Source: Spirochaetia bacterium (GTDB taxonomy: Bacteria; Spirochaetota; Spirochaetia; SZUA-6; Bin103). Taken from it: 64,000 bases of DNA. Shown here piece by piece: positions 19,708-28,609 of the stretch. The position numbers and the translations under genes were made by a program. The stretch lies in the NCBI GenBank assembly GCA_965203055.1, contig OZ241863.1, positions 3,328,001-3,392,000 of the forward strand. The letters run 5' to 3'. Below the pieces are notes generated by a model. The model saw nothing but the letters and a program-made list of their open reading frames with translations, was not told the DNA's origin and did not search any database. The first letter of the stretch is position 1; every line of letters begins with the position of its first letter.

Positions 19708-20369
19708 GTGGCGGTTAGCTCACTTCATCCCGAACGGTTGCGCGTCGTCACGCCCGACGACCGTACGGTGGCCGACCTTTCCGCGCTGCAGGGGTCTGGA
19801 CGCAGGCGCAGTACCTCAAGCTGACCAACCACGGCAATCGTCTGATCGAGTTTACCGACGGCTGGCTCGAGGTGCTGCCGATGCCCACGCAACGACATCA
19901 AGCCATTTCGCGGTTCCTGTTCCTGGCGCTGGTCACCTTCGTCCACGACCGCGGCGGCAACGTGTTCTACGCGCCGTGGCGCCTGCGGATCCGCGACGGC
20001 AAGTTCCGCGAGCCGGACCTGCTACTGGTTCGCGACGCCGGCGACCCGCGCTGCCGGGACGATTACTGGCGCGGCGCCGATCTGGTGGTGGAGGTGGTCA
20101 GCCCGGCAGCCCCCGACCGGGACCTGGTCGACAAGCGCGCGGACTACGCGGAGGCCGGCGTACCGGAGTACTGGATCGTGAACCCGAGCGGCGAAACGAT
20201 GACGGTGCTGGCGCTGGCGGAAGGCGGCTACCGGGAATACGGCGTGTTCCGGCCGGGAGAGCGGGCCGGCTCGTGGAGCCTGCCCGGCTTCTCCGTGGAG
20301 GTGCGCGCGGCCTTCGCCGCGGCAGGGGGCGCGCCGGCGCCCGGCGGCTGCCCCCCGGCCGGAGCATGA
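19708..20369 (+). pseudogene. Uma2-family endonuclease with a 1-nt frameshift near 19795
   Basis: GTG 19708 reads ...LSALQG, then WTQAQYLKLT..LIEFTDG.LEVLPMPT continues in the frame of ORF 19872-20369 (REPDLL, VVEVVSP, EAGVPEYWIV). Confidence 0.75.
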
Positions 20370-20383
20370 CGAACTAACTAACC

Positions 20384-22420
20384 CTAATTCTTCCAGTACC
20401 ACTGCTCGGCGGCGTCGCCGACCACCACCGAATAGTAGCCCTCATCCTCGGCGATGCCGATGTTGCCCAGGTTGACGTTGTACACGAACGGCACCGGCGC
20501 GGCGGCGACCGTGCCGATTACCCAGACGTTCTCCGCCTGGCTCTCCCAGATCTCCTTGTGAGCGCGCTGGCGCGCGGCCGGGTCGCCGGTGGACTGCATG
20601 ATTTCCTTGAGCTCGTACAGCCGCTTTACCTCGTCGGGCGGCTCGTCGCCCGCCTCGCCGCCGGTGTTGATCCAGTTGTGCCAGCCGAACGCGGTGACGC
20701 TGAAGAACGCCGGGCCGTAGATGTGCATGTACTGCACCGGCAGCCACCAGTCGGCGAAGTGGATCTCGGCGGCGCGGTTCTGGCTCCAGTAGAGGCGCCC
20801 GTCCACCTGCTTGATCTGCGTGTCGATGCCGATCGGCTTCATGAATTCGGGAAACAGCTCGGCGCCCGGGGTAGCCGTCGGGGTGACCTCGTAGTAGGTG
20901 AAGGGAATGGCCAGCCGGCGGCCGTCCGGCAGCAGGCGGTATTCCTGCTTGTCGTCCCACGCCAGTCCCATCTCGTCCAGCAGCGCGTTGGCGGCGTCCA
21001 CGTCGTAGCGGACGTAGGCGTCGTCCATGTACGGCTCCCAGACGTCCGAGCCCTTGGGCGGCGCGTACTGCGCCTCCCGGCCGAAGTCGAGGAACACCGA
21101 CTTCTTCACCTCGGAGCGGTCGATCGCCATCGATACCGCCTGCCGGAACCGCTTGTCCTGCACCACCTCGGCGTACACCTGATCCTCAGGCGTGAGCGAG
21201 GCGAAGTAGATCAGGAGCTGGTCCTGCCACGCCGGCAGCGCCATGGTGCGGTAGCCGCCCCGTTCTTCGTTGGACTTGAACAGCGGGAAGTCGCCGAGGC
21301 GGATGAACTGGAACTGCAGATCGGTCTCGCCGGCCACGATCTTGGCGGTCATCACCTCCAGGTCGGTGACGAAGATGCGGTGGCCGCGGTCGATGTAGGG
21401 AAGCTGCTTGCCGGTGGGATCGATCTTGAAGAAGTAGGGGTTGCGCTCCAGGATGAACTCGCCGGGGTTGGGTTCCTCCGTTACGTGCCACGGATGCAGC
21501 GAGGGCGCTTCGATGGCGTTCGGAAAGCGGGTCGGGATGTGATTGGCCGCGTCGGTGCTGGCCGGGTCGAAGGAGTTGTAGAACTTGCCCCACTCCTCGG
21601 CGGAATACCCCTGCTCCCGAATGACCGGCATGATCTCGTCGAGGTCGGTGTAGTCCTTGTGGAACTGCTTCATGTAGTGGCTGGGCCGCATGAACCGTCC
21701 CGCGGGCTGCCCGGTGAGCTCGCTGAGAAACAGGCCGTAGGGCTTGGCGAAGGCAACCGAGAAGGTGTAGTCGTCGATGATCGACAGCCGCACCGGTTCG
21801 CCGCCCCAGCGCGCCCAGCTCGGCAGGTTGGGCGTGATCTCCTCGTTGAAGTAGTTGTCTTCGAAGGTGTAGCGCACGTCCTCGGTGGTGACCGGCGCGC
21901 CGTCCGACCACTTCAGGCCCTTGCGGATGCGAAAGGTGAACTCGGTTGCGGCGTCGTTCTGCTCCCAGCTTTCGAGGATGGAGGGCTGGATCTCGGCGCC
22001 CACGAAGTTGTAGCGATGATTGCTCGCCGACGGCGCAATTTCCATCAGCTTCACCGCGTTCAAGTGGCGCAGATAGTGGCCGTGATCGATGGTGTACTCG
22101 GTCCAGGTGAGGGTGCCGCCGTACTTGCCATCTTCCATCCAGGTCTCCATTACCACCGGGTTTTCGGGCAGCCGATCCTCGATGGGAGGCAGCCCCATGC
22201 CGGCCAGGTAGGGGGACTCCGAAAAGACGATCTCGGCGCCGGTCAGGCGCAGGTACTCGTCCATGTTGTACTGGCCGAGCGGCAGAGGCTTGGCCCGTGC
22301 CGCCGGCGCCTCCATGGCGCCGTCATCGGCGGAGGCTGCCGTCTCTTCGCTGCCGCCGGCCACCAGCAGCAGCGGCGCCGCGCACAGCATGAGCACGGCA
22401 AGCGCTGACGTTCGTTTCAT
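20384..22420 (-). CDS. ABC transporter substrate-binding protein, family 5 (peptide/oligosaccharide)
   Basis: Signal peptide; LPPIEDRLP, GKYGG, KWSDGAPVTTEDV, ERNPYFFKID. Confidence 0.9.
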   Translation of the reverse strand: MKRTSALAVLMLCAAPLLLVAGGSEETAASADDGAMEAPAARAKPLPLGQYNMDEYLRLTGAEIVFSESPYLAGMGLPPIEDRLPENPVVMETWMEDGKYGGTLTWTEYTIDHGHYLRHLNAVKLMEIAPSASNHRYNFVGAEIQPSILESWEQNDAATEFTFRIRKGLKWSDGAPVTTEDVRYTFEDNYFNEEITPNLPSWARWGGEPVRLSIIDDYTFSVAFAKPYGLFLSELTGQPAGRFMRPSHYMKQFHKDYTDLDEIMPVIREQGYSAEEWGKFYNSFDPASTDAANHIPTRFPNAIEAPSLHPWHVTEEPNPGEFILERNPYFFKIDPTGKQLPYIDRGHRIFVTDLEVMTAKIVAGETDLQFQFIRLGDFPLFKSNEERGGYRTMALPAWQDQLLIYFASLTPEDQVYAEVVQDKRFRQAVSMAIDRSEVKKSVFLDFGREAQYAPPKGSDVWEPYMDDAYVRYDVDAANALLDEMGLAWDDKQEYRLLPDGRRLAIPFTYYEVTPTATPGAELFPEFMKPIGIDTQIKQVDGRLYWSQNRAAEIHFADWWLPVQYMHIYGPAFFSVTAFGWHNWINTGGEAGDEPPDEVKRLYELKEIMQSTGDPAARQRAHKEIWESQAENVWVIGTVAAAPVPFVYNVNLGNIGIAEDEGYYSVVVGDAAEQWYWKN

Positions 22421-22670
22421 GTGTTCTGCTCCCCTGTCGTGTTTTGGTCCCGCTCCGGGCGGAACCGCCGCAGGGTAGGGTGAGTGAGGCCGCTCGTCAA
22501 GGACGGCGTGGCTGGCTACCGCTCCGGCCAGCGAGCCAGCGCGCGCCGGTGCCGGCGCGCGCTGGCCTGGATACGGGTGGCGGGGGAAGCGGTCTCCCGT
22601 GCGGCGCGGCCGCCGGGGCGCCGCGCCGCAAGACGGGGAGACCGCCAGCGGCGGCGGACCGCTCCGACGG

Positions 22671-23756
22671 CTACTGCACTATCGGCAGATGCGCGACCAC
22701 TCCCGCATGGTCGGACGGCCACAAGCCCTTTGAGGTTTTGTCACCCGCCTTGTCGCCCACGGTATACGTGGTGATGGTAGCGGACCGCCGCAGTGACACC
22801 CCCTTGGTGAAGATCAGGTCGATCCGCCCGCCGTCGTCGCCCGTTCCCAATTCGCTCATCGCGTTCCTGAGGTTGTCGGCCTGGCAACACGTGTACCCGG
22901 GGCCGGAACCGGCTTGCCACATGTCGGTAAATCCTGCCGCCGTTATGGCCTTGTACGCCGCGCCGTCGGGAGCCTTCGTATTGAAGTCGCCCATCAGGAT
23001 CACCGGCAGTTTCTGGTCCTTCAGGCTGGCTATCAGTTCTTGAGTTTGACCGTCGCGCACTTTCTGGTCGAAGAACTCCAGGTGGGTGTTCACGACGCGG
23101 TACTTCACGCCGCCGACGGTGGCATCTACGGCAACGTAACCCCGCGGGACCTTGAGTTCACCCAGTGACTTGACTGAATATGAGTCTTTGTACTTTGCGT
23201 CTGTCGCCGCCGAAAAAGCGATGTCACCACGCACGAGAATCACGTCATGGTCCGTCAGACGTATGTCGACAAGTCCCTCCGCGGTTGGCATCGGCATCTC
23301 GAGGTCAAAGGTCGAGACTTGGCCGGCGACCTTGTAGTCCAGGCCTTCATCCTTGAGTTTCATCATGAATACTTCGCGGAAGTTCTGCTCGACGTCGGTG
23401 GCGTTCGGCTCCCGCACCGTCTGCGCATCCGAGGGATCCTGCTTGCGAACCAGCGAGATTTCCTGCAGGCCGATGATGTCGGGTGCGGTCCGCTTGATGA
23501 TCTTGGCGATTGCCGCCGCGCGTCCGGGGAAGTCGGAAGCTTGGTAATTCCGATAGAACTCGGCGACTTTCAGCGGAACTTCAGCCTGGCTCATGACGTT
23601 CAAGAGCTCGTGTGGGGGCGCGCCGACGTAGACGTTGTACGTCATCACGGTGAGTTGCGGCCAGGGGCGCGCCGGCGTCAATCCTCCGCACGCGGTCATG
23701 GCAAGGAGCACCACGATCGACGCCAGAGAAATGGCAAGGGCTTTCAACTTGGGCAT
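22671..23756 (-). CDS. Endonuclease/exonuclease/phosphatase family lipoprotein
   Basis: Lipobox MTAC; VMTYNV, DIIGLQE, NTHLE, MGDFN, RIDLIF, PSDHAGV; SD GAGGAGG. Confidence 0.88.
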   Translation of the reverse strand: MPKLKALAISLASIVVLLAMTACGGLTPARPWPQLTVMTYNVYVGAPPHELLNVMSQAEVPLKVAEFYRNYQASDFPGRAAAIAKIIKRTAPDIIGLQEISLVRKQDPSDAQTVREPNATDVEQNFREVFMMKLKDEGLDYKVAGQVSTFDLEMPMPTAEGLVDIRLTDHDVILVRGDIAFSAATDAKYKDSYSVKSLGELKVPRGYVAVDATVGGVKYRVVNTHLEFFDQKVRDGQTQELIASLKDQKLPVILMGDFNTKAPDGAAYKAITAAGFTDMWQAGSGPGYTCCQADNLRNAMSELGTGDDGGRIDLIFTKGVSLRRSATITTYTVGDKAGDKTSKGLWPSDHAGVVAHLPIVQ

Positions 23757-23986
23757 ACGTACCTCCTCGTACGGTTCATCCTCGACCGGCGATGCGGCGT
23801 GTCGGACGGCGCCTGCCACCACCAATCGACGGGCATCATACCGCAAGCCGCGGCAGGGGAACAGCATCCAAAGCCATGCCGCGTTGACCGCGGGACCGCC
23901 GGCGGGCGCGCCGCCGGGTCGCCGGGCCCGCCCGGCAGCGGCGGCCGCCCGGCGGCGGCTACGCGGTCGGCGTCATCGAAGGCGGT

Positions 23987-24048
23987 CCATCCACTCGTGA
24001 TACCTTGAAATCTCGGCGGCGACCGCTGATATTTCAAGGTATGGATGG
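23987..24048. other. Long imperfect inverted repeat (stem-loop)
   Basis: CCATCC..ATACCTTGAAAT-CTCGGCGG-cga-CCGCTGAT-ATTTCAAGGTAT-GGATGG. Confidence 0.6.
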
Positions 24049-24096
24049 CGAGGTGGCCCTCTTCCGGGTCACCGAGCGGCTCACGGCCGGCTCAAC

Positions 24097-25619
24097 GGGC
24101 GCACTTCCAATTTGTAGGTAGGCCCAAATAGAGAAGCCCTCCCAGCGACAGGTGATGTAACATCAGGCCGTCACTGGGAGGGCAACATATGTGTGATTCA
24201 TTGGTAACCGAGATTCTCAACTACTGCAAGGCCACCTGTGGTCTCGAACTGGGCCGCGCTAGCGGTCCCCACGACCTGTTGCGGGCAGAACTGAGTCTCC
24301 TCAAGTGCTTGGTGCGCCTGTGCCGCGCCGCCATGGTGGAGTGGTTCAAGGAACTGGGCCGCGATTACCGCGGCGCCACGGTCCAGCGCAACGGGGTGTC
24401 GTATCGGTTTGTCGGCCACCGCTCCAAGACCCTGCACGGACTGTTCGGGACGGTACCCTACGAACGGGCCTACTACGCCAGCGGTAGCGGCCAGGGCTGG
24501 GCGCCGTTGGATGAGCGGCTCGGCATCAAGCGCGGCCATACGCCGGGCTGCCAGTACTTTCTGAGTCAGTTCGTAGCGCGCCAGGCGCACGCAGAGAGTC
24601 TGCGGCAGTTTCACGAGGTGTTCCGCGCCGACGGCGGGGAGCTGGTGTCGGAGAAGAAGGCGTTCACGATGGTGCAGGAGGTAACGGAGGGGTTGGAACG
24701 GCAGCGCCAGCAGGAGGTGGACAACTACCAGCAGACTGCGGCGGGGCCGGAGCTGCACGAGCCGATTGGCGGGACGGTGGCGGTATGCATCGACGCGGGG
24801 AAGGTGCCGGTGCGCGGCAAGGAGCGGGTAGATGATGCCGGGAAGAAGCGCTACGAGCGGGAGTACCGGGACGCCAAGGTGGCGGTGGTGGCGGCGGTGG
24901 AGTGGGACGCTGAGGAGCAGGAGGCGCAGTGCAGCAGCAAGCCGAGCTACGTGGCGGCGAGCGAGCATGCCGACCAGTTCTTCCCGCGCATCGAAGTGGA
25001 GCTGAAACGGCGCTGCGGCGAGGGGGCGGCGCGGCAACTGGTAGTGCTGGCCGACGGGGCGGGATGGATTTGGGATCGGGCGGAGACCTGGGCGGCAGGG
25101 GGGCTGCGGGTGTGGTACATCCTGGATTTCTGGCACGCCTGCGAGCATCTCGCGGAGGCGAGTCGGAGCGTCTACGGGGAGAGGAGCAAGCAGGCAGAGG
25201 AATGCTTTCGGAGGTGGCGGACGATGCTGCGCGGCAGTCGGGCGGGGGAAGTGATAGAGGAGCTGGAGGAGTTGCGCGACGGCGGGGGGTTGAGTGCCCG
25301 GCAGCGGCACGAGGTGCAGGGGGAGATCAACTACTTGAAGAGCAACCAGGGACGGATGGACTACCGGCGGTACCGGCGGGAGGGGCTGCCGATCGGCAGT
25401 GGGGCGGTGGAGAGTACGTGCAAGAACATGGTGGGGGCGCGGCTGAAGGGGAGCGGGATGATCTGGTCGTTGGGAGGGGCGCAGGGGATGCTGCAGCTCT
25501 GCACCTCGGTGAAGAGCGGGCGGTTCAAAAGGGACTACGCGAGCCTGCTGTCCGCCTCGGTGCCGCAGGAGGCCCAGCCACAGGCCGCCTGACGCTACCT
25601 ACGTTTTGGAAGTGCGCCC
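24097..25619 (+). mobile_element. ISKra4-family (prokaryotic Mutator-like) insertion sequence, complete
   Basis: IRL GGGCGCACTTCCAATTTGTAGGTAG; IRR (reverse complement) GGGCGCACTTCCAAAACGTAGGTAG; 9-bp target duplication CGGCTCAAC at 24088-24096 and 25620-25628. Confidence 0.92.
24189..25592 (+). CDS. ISKra4-family DDE transposase
   Basis: CIDAG, LADGAGWIW, LDFWHACEHL, GLPIGSGAVESTCK, RLKGSGMIWS. Confidence 0.9.
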   Translation: MCDSLVTEILNYCKATCGLELGRASGPHDLLRAELSLLKCLVRLCRAAMVEWFKELGRDYRGATVQRNGVSYRFVGHRSKTLHGLFGTVPYERAYYASGSGQGWAPLDERLGIKRGHTPGCQYFLSQFVARQAHAESLRQFHEVFRADGGELVSEKKAFTMVQEVTEGLERQRQQEVDNYQQTAAGPELHEPIGGTVAVCIDAGKVPVRGKERVDDAGKKRYEREYRDAKVAVVAAVEWDAEEQEAQCSSKPSYVAASEHADQFFPRIEVELKRRCGEGAARQLVVLADGAGWIWDRAETWAAGGLRVWYILDFWHACEHLAEASRSVYGERSKQAEECFRRWRTMLRGSRAGEVIEELEELRDGGGLSARQRHEVQGEINYLKSNQGRMDYRRYRREGLPIGSGAVESTCKNMVGARLKGSGMIWSLGGAQGMLQLCTSVKSGRFKRDYASLLSASVPQEAQPQAA

Positions 25620-25739
25620 CGGCTCAACCCTGTTGTTGACATCCTGTTGCCGTAGTATGTTCGTTTCCAATGCTCGGTGGCGGCCCCTAGCCCCCAAGCC
25701 GCCCGGCTCGATGCCGACCTGGCAGGAGGGGATGCCCCG

Positions 25740-26291
25740 ATGGAGAACCTGAGCTTGACCATAGTGCTTACCGGCGTAGGGGTGGTGGTTGCCTTGGTGG
25801 CCGCTGCTGTCGGCGCTACCTGGAAGGTGACCACCAAGATCACCGACACGGACAAGGCAACCCGCAAGGAGATTTCCGACGAGTCAAGGGATGCCCACAA
25901 GGGGATCACCGAGAACATCAAAACCGTAGACGGCAAGATCGACGCCCTGCGCGATAGCGTAGACGCCAAGATCGACAGGACCGACGGCAAGATCGACGCC
26001 CTGCGCGATAGCGTAGATGCCAAGATCGACAGGACCGACGGCAAGATCGACGCCCTGCGCGATAGCGTAGACGCCAAGATCGGCGCCTTGAGCAAGGATG
26101 TAGGCGACCTGCGCGATAGCGTAGACGCCAAGATCGACAGGACCGACGGCAAGATCGACGCCCTGCGCGATAGCGTAGACGCCAAGATCGGCGCCTTGAG
26201 CAAGGATGTAGGCGACCTGCGCGTTGACATAGCGCGTTTGGTTGGCCCCCGCGCGCAGGACCCGGCCCGAAATGAGCGAAACCGCCCATAG
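25740..26291 (+). CDS. Membrane-anchored coiled-coil protein with KID-type repeats
   Basis: SD GGAGG; N-terminal TM helix; 18-aa repeats DGKIDALRDSVDAKIDRT. Confidence 0.7.
   Translation: MENLSLTIVLTGVGVVVALVAAAVGATWKVTTKITDTDKATRKEISDESRDAHKGITENIKTVDGKIDALRDSVDAKIDRTDGKIDALRDSVDAKIDRTDGKIDALRDSVDAKIGALSKDVGDLRDSVDAKIDRTDGKIDALRDSVDAKIGALSKDVGDLRVDIARLVGPRAQDPARNERNRP
25929..26222 (+). repeat. 54-bp/108-bp near-perfect coding tandem repeats
   Basis: Units start at 25929, 25983, 26037 and 26145 (GACGGCAAGATCGACGCCCTGCGCGATAGCGTAGACGCCAAGATC...). Confidence 0.9.
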
Positions 26292-26351
26292 CGCCCCGGA
26301 GTGTGCGTAGGTTGACGACCTGAACCTGACCCGCGCGGCGCGGGCGGGGGG

Positions 26352-27527
26352 TCAGGCGGCGTAGGGGTCGGCGGCGTCGCGCAGGCCGTCGCCGATGAAG
26401 CTGAACATCAACACCGCCAGCACCACGAACGCGCCGGGGATCACCAGCCACGGCTGCAGGGCGAGCACGGAGATCGACTGCGCGTCCTGCAGCAGCGTGC
26501 CCCAGCTCACCGCCGGCGGGCGGATGCCCAGCCCCAGGAAGCTGAGCGCGGTCTCGCCGATGATCATGCCGGGGATGGCCAGGGTGATATGGGTGATCAG
26601 GTAGCTGGTGAAGCCGGGAATCAGATGGCGCCTGATGATGGCGCCGTTCCTGGCGGCCGCGACCCGGGCGGCCATCACGAAGTCCTCCTCGCGCAGGCTG
26701 ATCAGCTTGCCGCGCACTACCCGCGCCAGGCTGGTCCAGCGCTGCACCGCCAGGATCAGGGTAATGGCGAAGTAGATCCTGAGGATGCCCCAGTCGTGGG
26801 GCAGGGCCGCCGACAGCGCAATCCACAGCGGGATGTCGGGGATGCTCAGCAGCATCTCGATGATGCGCTGGATCACGTTGTCCACCACGCCTCCGTAGTA
26901 GCCGGAGATGCCGCCGAAGATCACCCCCAGGACGAACGCCACGAACACCCCGCCGAAGCCGATGAACAGCGAGATGCGGCCGGCGAAGAAGGTGCGTGAG
27001 AACACGTCGCGCCCCAGCCGGTCGGAGCCGAACAGGAACAGCGGCACCGAGGCATCCTCGATCCCGAACAGCCTGGTATTCCAGGGGATGAAGCCGAGCA
27101 GGGTGAACGGTTCGTCGCTGCGCACCCAGAAGCGGATCACGTGCTCCTGGTCGCGTTGTTCGATGTAGCGGTACTTGAAGGTGGCCTTGTCCAGCTCGCG
27201 CACCGTGGCGAACACGAACGGCCGGCTCAGGCCGCGCTCGGGACTGATGATGCGGATGCGGGTCGGCGGCGCCTCGCCAAACTCCTTGAAGCGGTGCAGC
27301 GCCGGATAGGGGGAGAAGAACTCGGCGAAGATCGACGTGAGGTAGAGCGCGGCCAGCACCACCATCGCCACCAGCGCCAGCTTGTGGCGCCGGAACCGGC
27401 GCCACACCAGTTGTCTCTGGGAGGCGACGTAGGCGCGCTCGGCGCCGGACGCGTCGGCCGCGCCGTTGTCGTAGGCCGCCTCGGCAACCGGAGCCGCGTC
27501 CGCCGCGGGCTCGTGCGGCGCCACCAC
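26352..27527 (-). CDS. Peptide/oligosaccharide ABC transporter permease (DppC/OppC type)
   Basis: WRRFRRHKLA, GSDRLGRDVFSR, LARVVRGK, ETALSFLGLG, GDGLRDAADPY. Confidence 0.9.
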   Translation of the reverse strand: MVAPHEPAADAAPVAEAAYDNGAADASGAERAYVASQRQLVWRRFRRHKLALVAMVVLAALYLTSIFAEFFSPYPALHRFKEFGEAPPTRIRIISPERGLSRPFVFATVRELDKATFKYRYIEQRDQEHVIRFWVRSDEPFTLLGFIPWNTRLFGIEDASVPLFLFGSDRLGRDVFSRTFFAGRISLFIGFGGVFVAFVLGVIFGGISGYYGGVVDNVIQRIIEMLLSIPDIPLWIALSAALPHDWGILRIYFAITLILAVQRWTSLARVVRGKLISLREEDFVMAARVAAARNGAIIRRHLIPGFTSYLITHITLAIPGMIIGETALSFLGLGIRPPAVSWGTLLQDAQSISVLALQPWLVIPGAFVVLAVLMFSFIGDGLRDAADPYAA

Positions 27528-28525
27528 TAGCCGGCGCTCCGGCCGAGGCGGATGCGGGGATCGGTCACCGCCAGCAGAATATCGGAAATCAGGGTGCCGA
27601 CGATCACCAGGGCGCTCAGAATCATCACGATGCTGCCCACCAAGTACATGTCCTCCGACAGCGCCGCTTCCAGCAGCACCGGCCCCAGGGTCTCCAGCCC
27701 CAACACCCGCGACACGATCACCTCGCCGCTGACCAGGGTCGGCAGCGTCCAGCCGATGGTGCTGATCAGCGGGTTCAAGGCGATGCGCACCGGATACTTG
27801 AAGATGACGCGCGACTCGCGCAGTCCCTTGGCGCGCGCCGTGGTCACGTACAGCTTCTTCAACTCGTCGAGCAGGGTGCTGCGCAGGATCCGCACCAGCT
27901 GCCCGGTGGCGCCCACGCCGACTACCACCACCCCCAGCCAGGCGTTCTTGGCCACGTCGACCAGCTTCGCCCACGACCACGGGGCGTTGCGGAACTCCAG
28001 CGAGTACAGGCTGGTGATCGCGTGGCCGGTGTAGACGAATACCAGGTAGGCCAGTCCCAGCGCCAGCAGGAAGTTGGGGACCGCCAGACCGATGAAGCTC
28101 ATGGTGGTCGCCAGGTAGTCGGTGACGGAGTATTGCCGCACCGCGGACCAGATGCCGATGGGCACGGCGATGATCCAGGTCACGGCGAACGCCACCAGGG
28201 TGAAGGCGACCGACAACGGCAGGCGCTCCAGGATGATCTCCGTCACCGGCACTTCGTAGATGAAGGAGCGGCCCATCTCACCGCGCAACAGAAAGTTGCG
28301 CATCCACAGGAGGTACTGGTCGACCGGCCCGCGGTCCAGTCCGTACTGGCGGTAGAGCTGCTCCACGACGCTCTCGTTGGCCAGGAACCCCTGCTGCTCC
28401 AGGCGCTGGATGTAGGTCTCGACGTAGCTTCCCGGCGGCAGCAGGATGATGCCGAAGGAAATTATCGAGATCGCCGCCAGCAGCGGGATGGCGATGAAGA
28501 AGCGTTGGCGGATGTAGGCGAGCAC
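27527..28525 (-). CDS. Peptide/oligosaccharide ABC transporter permease (DppB/OppB type)
   Basis: YGLDR, AVPNFLL, YVTTARAKGL, DILLAVTDPRIR. Confidence 0.92.
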   Translation of the reverse strand: MLAYIRQRFFIAIPLLAAISIISFGIILLPPGSYVETYIQRLEQQGFLANESVVEQLYRQYGLDRGPVDQYLLWMRNFLLRGEMGRSFIYEVPVTEIILERLPLSVAFTLVAFAVTWIIAVPIGIWSAVRQYSVTDYLATTMSFIGLAVPNFLLALGLAYLVFVYTGHAITSLYSLEFRNAPWSWAKLVDVAKNAWLGVVVVGVGATGQLVRILRSTLLDELKKLYVTTARAKGLRESRVIFKYPVRIALNPLISTIGWTLPTLVSGEVIVSRVLGLETLGPVLLEAALSEDMYLVGSIVMILSALVIVGTLISDILLAVTDPRIRLGRSAG

Positions 28526-28546
28526 GCGCCGTTACTCGAAGTGAAT

Positions 28547-28576
28547 GAATGGGCGGAGCGTGAACTCCGCCCATTC
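28547..28576. promoter_or_regulatory. Perfect 12-bp stem-loop between SBP and permease genes (mRNA stabiliser or partial terminator)
   Basis: GAATGGGCGGAG-cgtgaa-CTCCGCCCATTC. Confidence 0.6.
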
Positions 28577-28609
28577 GTTGGTTCTCAAACCGTTCGGCAG
28601 GCGATCTGC

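Noticed and set aside
25929..26222. Possible CRISPR array
   Set aside because: Repeats are contiguous and in-frame coding, with no unique spacers and no cas genes
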